Shown here: piece by piece, positions 28,865 to 39,159 of the stretch
How positions within the stretch are numbered: the stretch's first letter is position 1
Layout: each line of letters starts with the position of its first letter
From: a virus
DNA: 64,000 nt
Reading direction: 5' to 3' (one strand)
IMG/VR virus record: IMGVR_UViG_3300042695_002264
Span: 96,001-160,000 of that record
The notes under the pieces: generated by a model
What the model was told of the DNA's origin: nothing
What the model saw: only the letters and a program-made list of their open reading frames with translations
Databases searched by the model: none
Program-made: the position numbers and the translations under genes

Positions 28865-30396
28865 TAGTTTTCCTCCCAAGTAATTTGAAATGATATTCTC
28901 CCATCAGAAGTTTCATTTGTGAATGTTTTAGTTTTTATAATTGTCATCGCGTATCTGTTAGCAATTGATTCTATATATGCTTTGGCTTTAGCAGAATTTC
29001 CAACCTCTACTTCCATTTGACCGTCAAACGATACAGTGGTTTTAGATCTATGCGTGCCATAAGCTGCCCAATCACTACAAAGTGGTTGTACAAATTCATA
29101 TTGCTGCAATCCATATGTTTTAGTGACTGTATAGGAAATATTTTTTATGTAACAAGGCAAAGATGCATTTATTGGATTTATATCCCAAGATATTGAATAA
29201 GATAATGACCCATCTATCTGATTTTCAGATAGCGATTCTGAGCTTTGCTTGAAATGAGTAACATTAAAATCATTATTTAACCCAGTAATATTCTTACGAA
29301 ATTCTTGCATTGGATTAAAAGAATTTTGGAAAAAGTTATTTACTTGCGCAAGTCTTTCTGTTGGATTTCCAACCCTACATCTTATATTAGAATTTAAAGA
29401 TGCAGAATTTTCCGAATCACCTCCATAACCAATATTATAAGTAGCTGTCGAATCTATATATATAATTGGACTATTATCATTATTGAATGTAACTGAAAAT
29501 GAAATTTGCTTATTTGATAAATCTTCATCTACGCCAGAGTTTACATAAATACTATTTAGATCTCCAGAATTTGTACATCCGCTATAAATATCAAAAGTTA
29601 AATTCCACAAGTTCAGACTTTTATACCTATTTCTTATCAAATCCATTGATCCACTTATGCCAGCATTTAATGTTCCATTGATTGTTGCTGTGGAAAAATT
29701 AAATTTATCATACCCAATATCAACAGAATATCTTAATAATCCATTTCCCGTTTGTGACTGATCAATCGTATAATTTTCAATCCATTGACAGTTGCCATTC
29801 ATTCTATCCATTGTTTCGGATATAGAATTTAATATTGGAAAAGATTGTTGATTTATTTTTATAAAAGCTGTGCTTGGAATATTTTTTAGTCCAGTTCTGG
29901 AGTAAACAAAATTTGTAGCATTTTTAATTGCTGGCAAGTTTGAATTAATACCAACAGCAGAAACCCTATGTGTAAGAGATAGCGTTCCGTCATTATTTTC
30001 AACAAATTCAAAAGAATCTTCCGGCTCTTTAACAAAAAATTGCCCACTAAAAATATCAGAATCAAATGCTTCAATTTCTACTGTATAAGGCAAAATAAAA
30101 GCATAGTTTGACTCATCAAAGTTTACACCCCTAATTAAAGCATAATCTGATTTAAAAATATCAGAACCATTTTCCTTAATCTGAAATCTTTTAAAATTTT
30201 GTGAAAAATTATTTATTAATGCATTTTGCTTTCCAACCATTCCAGAATAATCAGTCCCGCACCCAACTATTTCACCTACAAGAGAAAATGATTTGTTTGA
30301 GCCCCACCACCCATCAAATTCTTGAGAATATGAAACAAATGGCGTATATGAAACCCCACTAAAAGCATTTTTATTATTATACCAAATTTCGTTCAT
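28864..30396 (-). CDS. Putative distal tail protein, paralog of 30398-31954
   Basis: Position; shared L.G.I...LIN...IR.(V/I)N.DE.N....YT..I pattern. Confidence 0.5.
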   Translation of the reverse strand: MNEIWYNNKNAFSGVSYTPFVSYSQEFDGWWGSNKSFSLVGEIVGCGTDYSGMVGKQNALINNFSQNFKRFQIKENGSDIFKSDYALIRGVNFDESNYAFILPYTVEIEAFDSDIFSGQFFVKEPEDSFEFVENNDGTLSLTHRVSAVGINSNLPAIKNATNFVYSRTGLKNIPSTAFIKINQQSFPILNSISETMDRMNGNCQWIENYTIDQSQTGNGLLRYSVDIGYDKFNFSTATINGTLNAGISGSMDLIRNRYKSLNLWNLTFDIYSGCTNSGDLNSIYVNSGVDEDLSNKQISFSVTFNNDNSPIIYIDSTATYNIGYGGDSENSASLNSNIRCRVGNPTERLAQVNNFFQNSFNPMQEFRKNITGLNNDFNVTHFKQSSESLSENQIDGSLSYSISWDINPINASLPCYIKNISYTVTKTYGLQQYEFVQPLCSDWAAYGTHRSKTTVSFDGQMEVEVGNSAKAKAYIESIANRYAMTIIKTKTFTNETSDGRISFQITWEEN

Positions 30397-30397
30397 A

Positions 30398-31954
30398 TTA
30401 TGCTATAGTCGTTACATTATAAGTTGCACTTCTGTCCATCGGACTTATAGATAAAGACTCATCTTGTTTTATTGCTGATGTTGAAATCCTCATATCCTCT
30501 GGAAACGAAACCAAATTTACATTTTTTCCATATTTTCTATTTTTATTTATAGTTACTTCATAAAATGTTTTTTGATCATGCTGCTGCCTAACAATGCTAT
30601 TATTTATATAATAATCAGTATAAATATTTACAGGATATTTTTCAGAAATTGACTCCTTCTCCTCTTCTATTCCGTTTGGATTATTATTTATAGTCTTGTT
30701 TGTATAAGATACGCTATACTGAACTGTTCCATTGTACTTGCTAGAAGTAAATGTTTCATTGCTTTTATTTAATATGCCGCTAGAACTACAGCGGTTTGTA
30801 TTTATTGATAAAAATCTAGAATATAAACTATTTATTTTTGACAATAATAATGATTCTTTTTGATTGTAGCCATAAATAGCATTATTATATTTTCTATCTG
30901 TATTTGGCACGCCATCACCTTGAATAGACAGATTAGCTGTGCAGTTAATTAGGTAAGTATCGCCAAGATCGACAGATGTTTCAATAGACCAATCATACCT
31001 ATTCTCTATAAATGGATTATCCGTATAGACTGTTTCTAATTCAATTGTACCATTAAATCTATCTACGTTATATCCTTGGGTTATTGGAAAATTATTAAGA
31101 GATCCAGTCACATAATTAACATAAAAATTCTGTGATCTTTGATAACAGTTAGGCTTTAATTCTGCTAGTTTATTTTTAACGGTTGTAAATTTAGGATCTT
31201 GATTGGCCTGTATCTGAACAGATTCAGTAACTTCAGTAATTCCATTTTCATCTCTACGAAGTGAATATGAAAAATCAGCGTTTGATGAATCTCCGCTTAT
31301 GTTTTTATCTAACCTTTCTGTAAAAGAAAAAATTTTATTTATTACATCAAAGCTTTCTTCGTAATATTTTTTTCCAGATAAAAAATTAGCATTCCCACTT
31401 ATAAGATTAAATGGCACTTCTTTTCCAATAATTCCAGACGCAATATTTTTTGCTAATAAATCCGCGCTACCATACGCAAGCGCATTTTCAAAACTAAAAC
31501 TCACACTATGTTCATAGCTATAATTATTGCTTGAATCAAGATCTAAAGAAAAATTTTCCGAAAAATCATTCATTAAATGAAGGGATAATCCTGTAAAATT
31601 TTGGAGACCAGTAAAATAATTACCAGTCATATTATATAAATTACCCGTAGATAAAATTAAAATATCAGCCGTATATTCACCACGCCTTACCCAGTTTCCT
31701 TCATCTACATTAATATTTCTTATATATCCAGATCCAAAATTTATCCCATTTAAAACAATATCATCGCTAACTTTTGCCAAATTTATAAGGGCATATATTC
31801 CACTTGATACCCCACTTACACCACTTGTGTTGTAAAAATCTGCAATTGTTCCACGTACAGTAAGATTTTTTTCAATACTATAAACAAAATTATCTCCTAA
31901 AAATTTAGGAGAATGTGAGTATGATAGTAATGCTGCATTATTAAAAGTTATCAT
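30398..31954 (-). CDS. Putative distal tail protein
   Basis: Immediately after tape measure; repeated beta-rich units. Confidence 0.5.
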   Translation of the reverse strand: MITFNNAALLSYSHSPKFLGDNFVYSIEKNLTVRGTIADFYNTSGVSGVSSGIYALINLAKVSDDIVLNGINFGSGYIRNINVDEGNWVRRGEYTADILILSTGNLYNMTGNYFTGLQNFTGLSLHLMNDFSENFSLDLDSSNNYSYEHSVSFSFENALAYGSADLLAKNIASGIIGKEVPFNLISGNANFLSGKKYYEESFDVINKIFSFTERLDKNISGDSSNADFSYSLRRDENGITEVTESVQIQANQDPKFTTVKNKLAELKPNCYQRSQNFYVNYVTGSLNNFPITQGYNVDRFNGTIELETVYTDNPFIENRYDWSIETSVDLGDTYLINCTANLSIQGDGVPNTDRKYNNAIYGYNQKESLLLSKINSLYSRFLSINTNRCSSSGILNKSNETFTSSKYNGTVQYSVSYTNKTINNNPNGIEEEKESISEKYPVNIYTDYYINNSIVRQQHDQKTFYEVTINKNRKYGKNVNLVSFPEDMRISTSAIKQDESLSISPMDRSATYNVTTIA

Positions 31955-34900
31955 TACTTAAGATTATTTTGCGCTTTTAATTGTTGCATTTTCGCACTGA
32001 ATTCATCTAATATTCTTTGTTTTTCTGCTGTTAACTTAAGATCTAAATCCTCTCGTGTTAAACCGCCCAAAGTAAAAGATACTGGGCCAGGATTTATATT
32101 TATAGACGGGACAACTGAAGGGGAATCAGTCAAGCTTATTGGTTTTTCAAAATTAGATGGCTGCGGCTTATCTTTGCCAGACTTTTCTGCAGTAGTTGTG
32201 AAATATTCCAACATAGCTTGTACTGAACTTTCTATTAATTTGAAATTTGCAGCAGCTTGTTCTGCTGAAGTTGTAAGATCAAAAGCCATAGCGTTAACAA
32301 TTGTTTCATATGCCTTAAAAGCTTCGCTTCGATCAGCAAATCCGCCAAGTTGCTGAAGTGCCTTTATAGCAGCCTCAACCTCTTTCGACGAACCTTCAAA
32401 CTTGCCACCTTCCGGTAAAAATCTATTTTTTAAATAATCAATACCTAATTTGCTTGTGCCAGTAGCCTCCCCAACAGCCTGTTGGTTTAACATTCTTGCC
32501 CTGTTTTGATAATCTACTGGAAGCCCAAGATCAAAAGCCCTTTGCGCTGCGTTATTACCAGCCTGCCTCCTCACATTCATTACATCTGATCCAAATCTTG
32601 TAAATATCTCTTCTGGAGTGGCGCCCAAAGACAAAGCCTCTTTTATTCTTTCTTGTGATCTTCTGGCAACAAACTCATTTTGTCCAATTTCACCACCAAA
32701 AAAATCACTCTCTAATTGGCTAATCGCAGATTTGTTTTTATTATAGCTTAATAAGCTATCTATATCTTGAGACAGTTGCTGCGCTATTTTTTTAGAAGCA
32801 TCCTTTATTGCTCCAGCCGCAAGGCTTCTAGTTTTTTCTGCTTGGCCTTTGATATTTATACCAACTTCATCGAAAACTTCTCCATATAATTCTGATAAAA
32901 CCTTTTTAAAACCAGAAGATTCTTCTATAGCTCTTGGGTCAATGTTTAATGTATCACTTATTAATTTTCCAAAATCTTTTTGTATTTGTTCTTTTCCGCC
33001 CAATTCTTTTAATCTAGTTTCTAAATCTGAATCTGTTAAGCCTTGAGTTATACCTGCATTTATTTGTTTTTTAAAAGCATCTCTAATATCTTTTGTCATT
33101 TCTCCAGAATATGTTTCTATTGGTGGCTGCTTGCCTACCAGCATGCCTGGGGCATTTGGGCCAGAGCCAGATCTTCCAACAAACTCAAAAGCCCTTGCTA
33201 TTATAGATCTTCTTTGTGTATTCAATAACTGCTCAACTGATACATCCGCTTGATTCCTGGCTGTTTGTTCTGCTTGTTTTTGTGTAATTTGACCAGAAAC
33301 TTCCGTTAATCCTTGCATTCCGCGCTCTTTAATTGCATTTGTAAATTTTTTAGCAGTTTCAGGATCAAAACTATTTAAATAATTTATATAATTTTGCTCT
33401 GCTTTTCTAAGCTCTGACTGTGGAGCATTTTCTTCTAATAATCTAGTATATGTTTCGTAAGATGTTGCTAGCCCTTGAGTTTTTTCGTTAACCTTGGCCA
33501 ATTCTTCGGTAGATTTTTCTGCTTTAGCCTGCAATTCTGGAAGATTTGTGTTTAATTGTTTTAATATATCTGTTAATCCTATTAGCCCGCCAGTAACCGC
33601 ACCAAGTGCCGCGCCGACTGCCGCTCCCTTTGGTCCAAATGCCATGCCAACCATTCCGCCAGTTCCAGCAAAAGATGCAATTTGGCCAGCGCCACTTACT
33701 GCAGATGCCCCAACCCTTCCGCCTTGTGTATTTTGCGGTATTGCGTTTGCAATTGTTTCTGCAATGATTGGCGCAGCAAATGCCGTTCCAATACCTGGTC
33801 TAAAGCCTTTTGCTGATGATATTCCCCGTTGAAGAATGCCTGCACCTGACCTTCTAGCTGCACGTTGAGCTTGCGCCCTTTGCTCAATATCAAGCATGGC
33901 AGCATTATATCCAGACGATCCTCTTTGTAGTGGGCCAGGCCCCATAGTTGACATTTTTTGAAGATTTGCTTTTTGTTGGGATATAGATTTCCTTTCAAGC
34001 TCAGCCCTTTGCTTATACGTTTCCTTTAATTCATTTACATCTTTTTTTCCTAATTGAGAAATACTAGCAAACAATGCGATTTGCGCGGCAACTGCCCCAA
34101 TAGATTTAGCAAAATCTGAAATACCGCCTTGGGCTTCACCTTCACTACCAACTGCAAAATTTGGAGTAAATCCGGTAGCATACATCCCCATACCTTTGCG
34201 CTCGCGCCCAATTGCATCTTTTAATCCATTAGGTTCGTCACGCGTGTTTGTTACTGCAACTGGATTTCCACTCTTATCAAAGTGCGCGCGAATTTGTGAA
34301 ACTGGAACTCCACGATTTGTAGATGAAAAATTTGGTATAAAACCAGAAGCTTTTGATCTTGATAATTGTCCAGGTTTAATTTTTAATTTATTACTGATAA
34401 AAGCTTTTCTAGCAACATCATTTATTAAATTTTGTTGATTCCCAATTTTTGCTTCGTAGTCTCCAGGAATATTATTAAATAATTTTCTTAATTTGTCATT
34501 TGGGTTAACAAAGTCAATAATAGCACTTGATCCACCAGACCTTCCGGCCTGTGTAACAGCAGAATCTGTAGCCTGCGTCACGGCACTTTCAAATATATTA
34601 CCAGCAATACTTCTAAAAGATCCATAATTTGCAAGCTGTTGTACTGATTTTATTCTAGCATTTGGAGAATAATTGCCGAAAATGCTTATAAATCGATTTG
34701 TAAAATCAATAACTTGATCTCCTAATAATTTTTCTAACTGAGCATCTTCTGGTTTAACTTTGGCATTGTAACCACTTGATTTAAATCCTACTTTATAAGT
34801 TTTTCCATTTGGTGTTTTTTTATCTGTAATAAGGCCCTTTTGATCTGTATTGAAAAATCCTGTCTCATCTTTTATCCCAGCTTTTTCGCCATATATTAAA

Positions 34901-36996
34901 CTTAAAGTACTAGTTTTGCCAAGATCAATAGTACTAGATGAACTTTTTCCCAGAGATGGTTTTTTTGCTGTGCCTAGTCTAGAATTAACAGCTTCAGCCG
35001 TAAATCTTTGACTTAATTGTGATCTAGAATATTGATTGCTTTGTATTGCCTCTTCTAATGAAATATTTGGTGGCAATTTTGTTTTTGCAAAATTTGGAAT
35101 AAAACCAGAAGATGAAATTTTACGAGCACCACTTGGCAACCCATACTTTGCTTTCATATCTTTGTTAAAGATAGCAGTTCCATCCCCACCAGCAAAATTT
35201 GGCACAACCCACTCTCCGGTATGTGCAGTTATTTTACCTTTCTTGCCTCCACCAAATGCAAAATTCGGAATAGTAACGGGCCTATCAGTTGCCGGATTTG
35301 CGCCACCAACTCTTGCATTAATATTCGCTTGCTCAATTGATTCTGGTAAATATCCAGCAGCAGCAGTTTTTGTCTTTGTAGCTACAAACTGCCTTCCTCC
35401 TATTGTTTGTACCCCAACAGATCCAGCAAGTGATTTAGATATCGATGCAGCAACAGAATTTTGCCTTTGCAAAGCTGCTGTCTGTTGTTGTATAACTGCC
35501 AAATATTCTTTGGCCGCAGTTGAAACAGAAACCTGCCCCTTTAAAATAGAATTATACAAACCGCTATTGTTTTGTAAAAATTTTGCTATATTTTGCTGAA
35601 CCACCACCTGCTCTTTTCCTGCCTGATTTGTTCCCAAAATACTTTTAAAAGCCTCTGCTCCATACTTTGTAAACTCAGCTAATAACTTAACGATTATTGC
35701 CGTTGCTAAAGCGAGCCCAGGCCCAGCAATAAATTTACCAAGACCATCAATTACCCCTCTACCAATCTGACCACCAACGCTTTGCGAATCTGCATTTCCC
35801 ACAGACTCTGTTAATAAATTTGTTAAGTTTAAAACATTTCTAGCAGCATCTCCAAATAACCCCTCTCCAAGAGTTCCAGCAACTTTTTGAACATTTGCCA
35901 ATGTTTTTGTTCCCAACGCAGATAACGTTTGATTTAACTGTTCATTTCTTTGAATGGCCTGATCGGTACTCGATAATGATGTTTTAAGCGCACGGTCGTA
36001 AATTGAATACTCCTTACCTAAATCACCTAAAGCAGCTTTTAAGATGTTAATCTGGAAAACGCCGCCAACCTGCTCTGCTACATAATTTTTTTGAGTAGCT
36101 CCAAGCGTATCATAAACTAATGCAAGCTCTTTTAAAAGTTGAATTTGTGTTTTTACCTGACCGCTTTCATCAGTTGCGCTAATTCCAAGACCGCCCAAAA
36201 CCTCTTGAACTTTTTCTCGACCAAGTCTTGTAAAAATTGTTTTCAGTGAGTTTCCTATAACCGCACCTCCACGAGCAGTAATTTGCTGCGCAGTTGTCAC
36301 TAAAGCTATCAATTCGTCAAAAGAAATTCCAGCATCGTCAGCAGAAGATCCAACACGACTCAATGCATTAGCCAAATCTGCAGAGCTAACAGCAAATGCG
36401 GCATCAACATTAGCCAGCTTATTTACAATTTCTGTCGCTTCCAATGTCGCACTCTGAAAAGAGTTCATTGTAGCAGTAAGAGCCGCAACACTTGCTGCAG
36501 CATCCAGACCACTTAAACGAGTCAAGATTAGCGCTGCCTCAGTACGTTTTAATGTTTCTTCTACCCCAAGGCCCTGACGAGACAACTCTGTTGCTGCTTC
36601 TGCAACAACATCAAATGCTTGCGCTGTATTTCCAGCAATATCAAATAATGAGCTTCCAAAAGCCGCAAGATTTTTTTCTGACAAATTTAATATAACATTT
36701 ATGTCTTGTAATTTTTTCTCTGTATTTACAAAACTCTGAAATAAAGACACTACTGCATTTTGTAATGCAAAAATACTTCCAGCAGCTGCGCCGAATGCAA
36801 TAACACGAGCATTAGCAGCAGCCAAAGACTTATCAATTTCAGTTATTTGGCCGCTTAATTTTCCTAATGGTTGAGCGGCCCCCCTACCACCAGCCTGCAC
36901 ATCAATAACTAGTGGCTGCTTAGCAACTTGGTTTATCTGTTGCCTAAGCTTCGCTGTATTACCGCTAACATCTACGCTAATATTTGGGTTTGCCAT
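31954..36996 (-). CDS. Tail tape measure protein (TP901-like core) with GFxPNF repeats
   Basis: AATELSRQG, LANVDAAFAVSSADLANAL, GAVIGNSLKTIFTRL; coiled coil and glycine-zipper hydrophobic segments; 1680 aa. Confidence 0.9.
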   Translation of the reverse strand: MANPNISVDVSGNTAKLRQQINQVAKQPLVIDVQAGGRGAAQPLGKLSGQITEIDKSLAAANARVIAFGAAAGSIFALQNAVVSLFQSFVNTEKKLQDINVILNLSEKNLAAFGSSLFDIAGNTAQAFDVVAEAATELSRQGLGVEETLKRTEAALILTRLSGLDAAASVAALTATMNSFQSATLEATEIVNKLANVDAAFAVSSADLANALSRVGSSADDAGISFDELIALVTTAQQITARGGAVIGNSLKTIFTRLGREKVQEVLGGLGISATDESGQVKTQIQLLKELALVYDTLGATQKNYVAEQVGGVFQINILKAALGDLGKEYSIYDRALKTSLSSTDQAIQRNEQLNQTLSALGTKTLANVQKVAGTLGEGLFGDAARNVLNLTNLLTESVGNADSQSVGGQIGRGVIDGLGKFIAGPGLALATAIIVKLLAEFTKYGAEAFKSILGTNQAGKEQVVVQQNIAKFLQNNSGLYNSILKGQVSVSTAAKEYLAVIQQQTAALQRQNSVAASISKSLAGSVGVQTIGGRQFVATKTKTAAAGYLPESIEQANINARVGGANPATDRPVTIPNFAFGGGKKGKITAHTGEWVVPNFAGGDGTAIFNKDMKAKYGLPSGARKISSSGFIPNFAKTKLPPNISLEEAIQSNQYSRSQLSQRFTAEAVNSRLGTAKKPSLGKSSSSTIDLGKTSTLSLIYGEKAGIKDETGFFNTDQKGLITDKKTPNGKTYKVGFKSSGYNAKVKPEDAQLEKLLGDQVIDFTNRFISIFGNYSPNARIKSVQQLANYGSFRSIAGNIFESAVTQATDSAVTQAGRSGGSSAIIDFVNPNDKLRKLFNNIPGDYEAKIGNQQNLINDVARKAFISNKLKIKPGQLSRSKASGFIPNFSSTNRGVPVSQIRAHFDKSGNPVAVTNTRDEPNGLKDAIGRERKGMGMYATGFTPNFAVGSEGEAQGGISDFAKSIGAVAAQIALFASISQLGKKDVNELKETYKQRAELERKSISQQKANLQKMSTMGPGPLQRGSSGYNAAMLDIEQRAQAQRAARRSGAGILQRGISSAKGFRPGIGTAFAAPIIAETIANAIPQNTQGGRVGASAVSGAGQIASFAGTGGMVGMAFGPKGAAVGAALGAVTGGLIGLTDILKQLNTNLPELQAKAEKSTEELAKVNEKTQGLATSYETYTRLLEENAPQSELRKAEQNYINYLNSFDPETAKKFTNAIKERGMQGLTEVSGQITQKQAEQTARNQADVSVEQLLNTQRRSIIARAFEFVGRSGSGPNAPGMLVGKQPPIETYSGEMTKDIRDAFKKQINAGITQGLTDSDLETRLKELGGKEQIQKDFGKLISDTLNIDPRAIEESSGFKKVLSELYGEVFDEVGINIKGQAEKTRSLAAGAIKDASKKIAQQLSQDIDSLLSYNKNKSAISQLESDFFGGEIGQNEFVARRSQERIKEALSLGATPEEIFTRFGSDVMNVRRQAGNNAAQRAFDLGLPVDYQNRARMLNQQAVGEATGTSKLGIDYLKNRFLPEGGKFEGSSKEVEAAIKALQQLGGFADRSEAFKAYETIVNAMAFDLTTSAEQAAANFKLIESSVQAMLEYFTTTAEKSGKDKPQPSNFEKPISLTDSPSVVPSININPGPVSFTLGGLTREDLDLKLTAEKQRILDEFSAKMQQLKAQNNLK

Positions 36997-37029
36997 GCCT
37001 TGTAATCCTTTTTCCTTCTATAAATTACA
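36997..37029 (-). promoter_or_regulatory. TGTAAT motif plus AAGGAAAAAGGATTACAAGG leader
   Basis: Near-identical leader upstream of ORF 38833-39069. Confidence 0.55.
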
Positions 37030-37071
37030 TTTTTTTAATACAAAATCGCATAAGCAAAAATGTAATAATTT

Positions 37072-38085
37072 TTATTTTTTTATTAAATCATAGATCCCCA
37101 AATCACCCCTCTGATTTGTTTCTTGTATAATTTTATCCCCAGATACCTCGCCACCACCAATGGCCTTAACTTCATCCCTATTTCCAAATAAAAATGAAGA
37201 GCTATTATCTGAGCCAGATTTATTTTTTAATTTATTACGGGCATCTGACATTGTTTCTTTTTGCTTTTTAGACGCCTCAAACCAGTCAATTATTTTGTCT
37301 GGATCCTCATAAATGCTATCTGGAATATTGCCATCTGAATTTTTGATAATATTTTGATAATACTTTCCAAAAATAAGCAAATCAGACTGATGTTTTGTCA
37401 AATCTATAGCACATTTTCCAAACACATCTTTTGGGTTTGATCCTGAAATATAAATAATATTTTGAAAAAGTGACGAGATAGCCAGCTGTTTAATTTTCTT
37501 TTCTGCGAAATCTGTTAAAAATTTATAGTAATAAATAGTTAATTCATCAACAAGCAAATCGTCAGATAATTCAAAATCATCTATCTGTTCAAAAAACCTT
37601 TTATTAAAATATTGATCTTTAAATACAAAATTTTGCAAAAAATAATCTACGGTTTTCTTGCTAGACCAATCTTCAGCAGTCATTACAATATAAGCACTTC
37701 TTTCATCTTTTAACTTCTTAAGACGATTTTCTTGCTCTTTAATCTGTTCTGATATTCTAGACTTATCAGATTCGTAAATTAGCTTTGATTGAGTTTTTTT
37801 TAACCTATCTATGGAAATTTTAGTAGATTCAAGCGCACCCTCTTTTTCTTTTGTCCACCACCCATTATCATAAGCAGTTTGAATTTGCTCTTTTTCTGGA
37901 AAAATTCCATGATGTCTCGCCAGCTTTAAATTACCAGCATAATCATTTCTTATTCCAAGAAGTTCAAAATGATTTAAGTGCTTAAAATACGCTGGCTGTT
38001 TTTCACTAGAAATCAGCACATATTTGCTATAGCCATTAGATATATCTTCTAATACGGCCAATAATATATCAATTTGGCCATCCAT
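37072..38085 (-). CDS. Putative tail assembly chaperone
   Basis: Between tail tube and tape measure; helical and charged. Confidence 0.5.
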   Translation of the reverse strand: MDGQIDILLAVLEDISNGYSKYVLISSEKQPAYFKHLNHFELLGIRNDYAGNLKLARHHGIFPEKEQIQTAYDNGWWTKEKEGALESTKISIDRLKKTQSKLIYESDKSRISEQIKEQENRLKKLKDERSAYIVMTAEDWSSKKTVDYFLQNFVFKDQYFNKRFFEQIDDFELSDDLLVDELTIYYYKFLTDFAEKKIKQLAISSLFQNIIYISGSNPKDVFGKCAIDLTKHQSDLLIFGKYYQNIIKNSDGNIPDSIYEDPDKIIDWFEASKKQKETMSDARNKLKNKSGSDNSSSFLFGNRDEVKAIGGGEVSGDKIIQETNQRGDLGIYDLIKK

Positions 38086-38098
38086 GGATTATTATATT

Positions 38099-38830
38099 TT
38101 AACTAGATTCTTTTTGTGATGCAGAGTCAACCAAAACAAAATCTTGCCATTGATTAATTTTATTTAAAAACCATAAAGTTATTAAATAGTTAAATCTTTG
38201 ACCAATTTTTACCAAATAGACATCATTTTCATCATCTAAATTTAAACCATCATACCAGTCTAATTTTTGATCAAAACTTGTGCCTTCAAAAAATTTTTCG
38301 TTTTCATTTTTATATGCCAGCTCTGTCAACCACCATTGAATCGACATATTTCTAGCTTTTGCCTCTGCTGTGTTTTCAAAAATATAAATCTGTTCAAGTT
38401 CAAATGTTTGTATATCTTTTTTAACTTGATCAATTTCCTCTTGCAGCCGTGCTTGTTTTACCGTCTGCTCTTCGTTTAATTCTGAAATTTGTTCAAGTTT
38501 ATTTAATTCTATACTGTATTCAAAAAATTTTTTCCTGGCATCGGTATATTGCTGAGCCTCTGATTCTGAAATTGTTCCACCCAAATTTTCTAAAATAGTA
38601 TTCCATGCAGCTTTTGGTAAAAGCCCAGACTTCACAAAGCTTGCAAGTTGCTTTGCATATTCTATTTCGCCCATTTGCCTTAAAGAGCGCGAAGGTTTTA
38701 GGATATAAAATGTATTTTCTTCACCTTTTGGATTTTTAGCCTCAAAAGCATAAAGCCATTTTTTAGTATCAAAATCTGCTTTTATTTCGTTCTGATTTTG
38801 GTCGTTTTGGTTATCAATATTTTCACTCAT
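38099..38830 (-). CDS. Putative tail assembly chaperone
   Basis: Position; coiled coil; TAE..A motif shared with the neighbouring ORF (TAEAKA vs TAEDWS). Confidence 0.5.
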   Translation of the reverse strand: MSENIDNQNDQNQNEIKADFDTKKWLYAFEAKNPKGEENTFYILKPSRSLRQMGEIEYAKQLASFVKSGLLPKAAWNTILENLGGTISESEAQQYTDARKKFFEYSIELNKLEQISELNEEQTVKQARLQEEIDQVKKDIQTFELEQIYIFENTAEAKARNMSIQWWLTELAYKNENEKFFEGTSFDQKLDWYDGLNLDDENDVYLVKIGQRFNYLITLWFLNKINQWQDFVLVDSASQKESS

Positions 38831-38832
38831 AT

Positions 38833-39069
38833 TTACTTATTATTATCCTTATTAATTAAAACAAAATCAAAATTTTCTATCTCTTGTAGAATTTCTCTTA
38901 TGCAGTTATTTCCATTATCAAGAATTCTTTTTCTTATTTTTTGAAATTCTTCCTCAGACATTCGACCGTCAGCAACAATGTCTTCTAGACAGTATATAAA
39001 GAATAAAAAGAGACGAGTAACAGATTTTTTAATAAAACCTTTAATAAATTCTTTAATATCAAATTTCAC
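38833..39069 (-). CDS. Small hypothetical protein (GTG start), possible regulator
   Basis: ORF with basic FQKIRKRILDNGNN segment. Confidence 0.55.
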   Translation of the reverse strand: MKFDIKEFIKGFIKKSVTRLFLFFIYCLEDIVADGRMSEEEFQKIRKRILDNGNNCIREILQEIENFDFVLINKDNNK

Positions 39070-39103
39070 CTTTATAAACCTTTTTCCTTAATAGGTATTA
39101 CAC
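39068..39103 (-). promoter_or_regulatory. GTGTAAT motif plus AAGGAAAAAGGTTTATAAAGG leader
   Basis: Near-identical to the tape measure leader. Confidence 0.55.
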
Positions 39104-39105
39104 TT

Positions 39106-39140
39106 AAAAAACAAAAAGGGCAGGATTTCTCCTGCCCTTT
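39106..39140 (-). terminator. Intrinsic terminator after tail tube gene
   Basis: AAAGGGCAGG-agaaat-CCTGCCCTTT then TTGTTTTT. Confidence 0.85.
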
Positions 39141-39159
39141 ATTTGTTAAGTTTTATTGA

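Noticed and set aside
33494-35599. Antisense ORFs such as 35036-35599, 33494-33832, 9793-10332 and 45913-46323
   Set aside because: Shadow ORFs opposite well-supported genes, with no motifs or expression signals.
38085-38120. Programmed frameshift joining the two tail chaperone ORFs (lambda G/GT style)
   Set aside because: No canonical slippery heptamer, and two in-frame TAA codons sit just before the downstream ATG.
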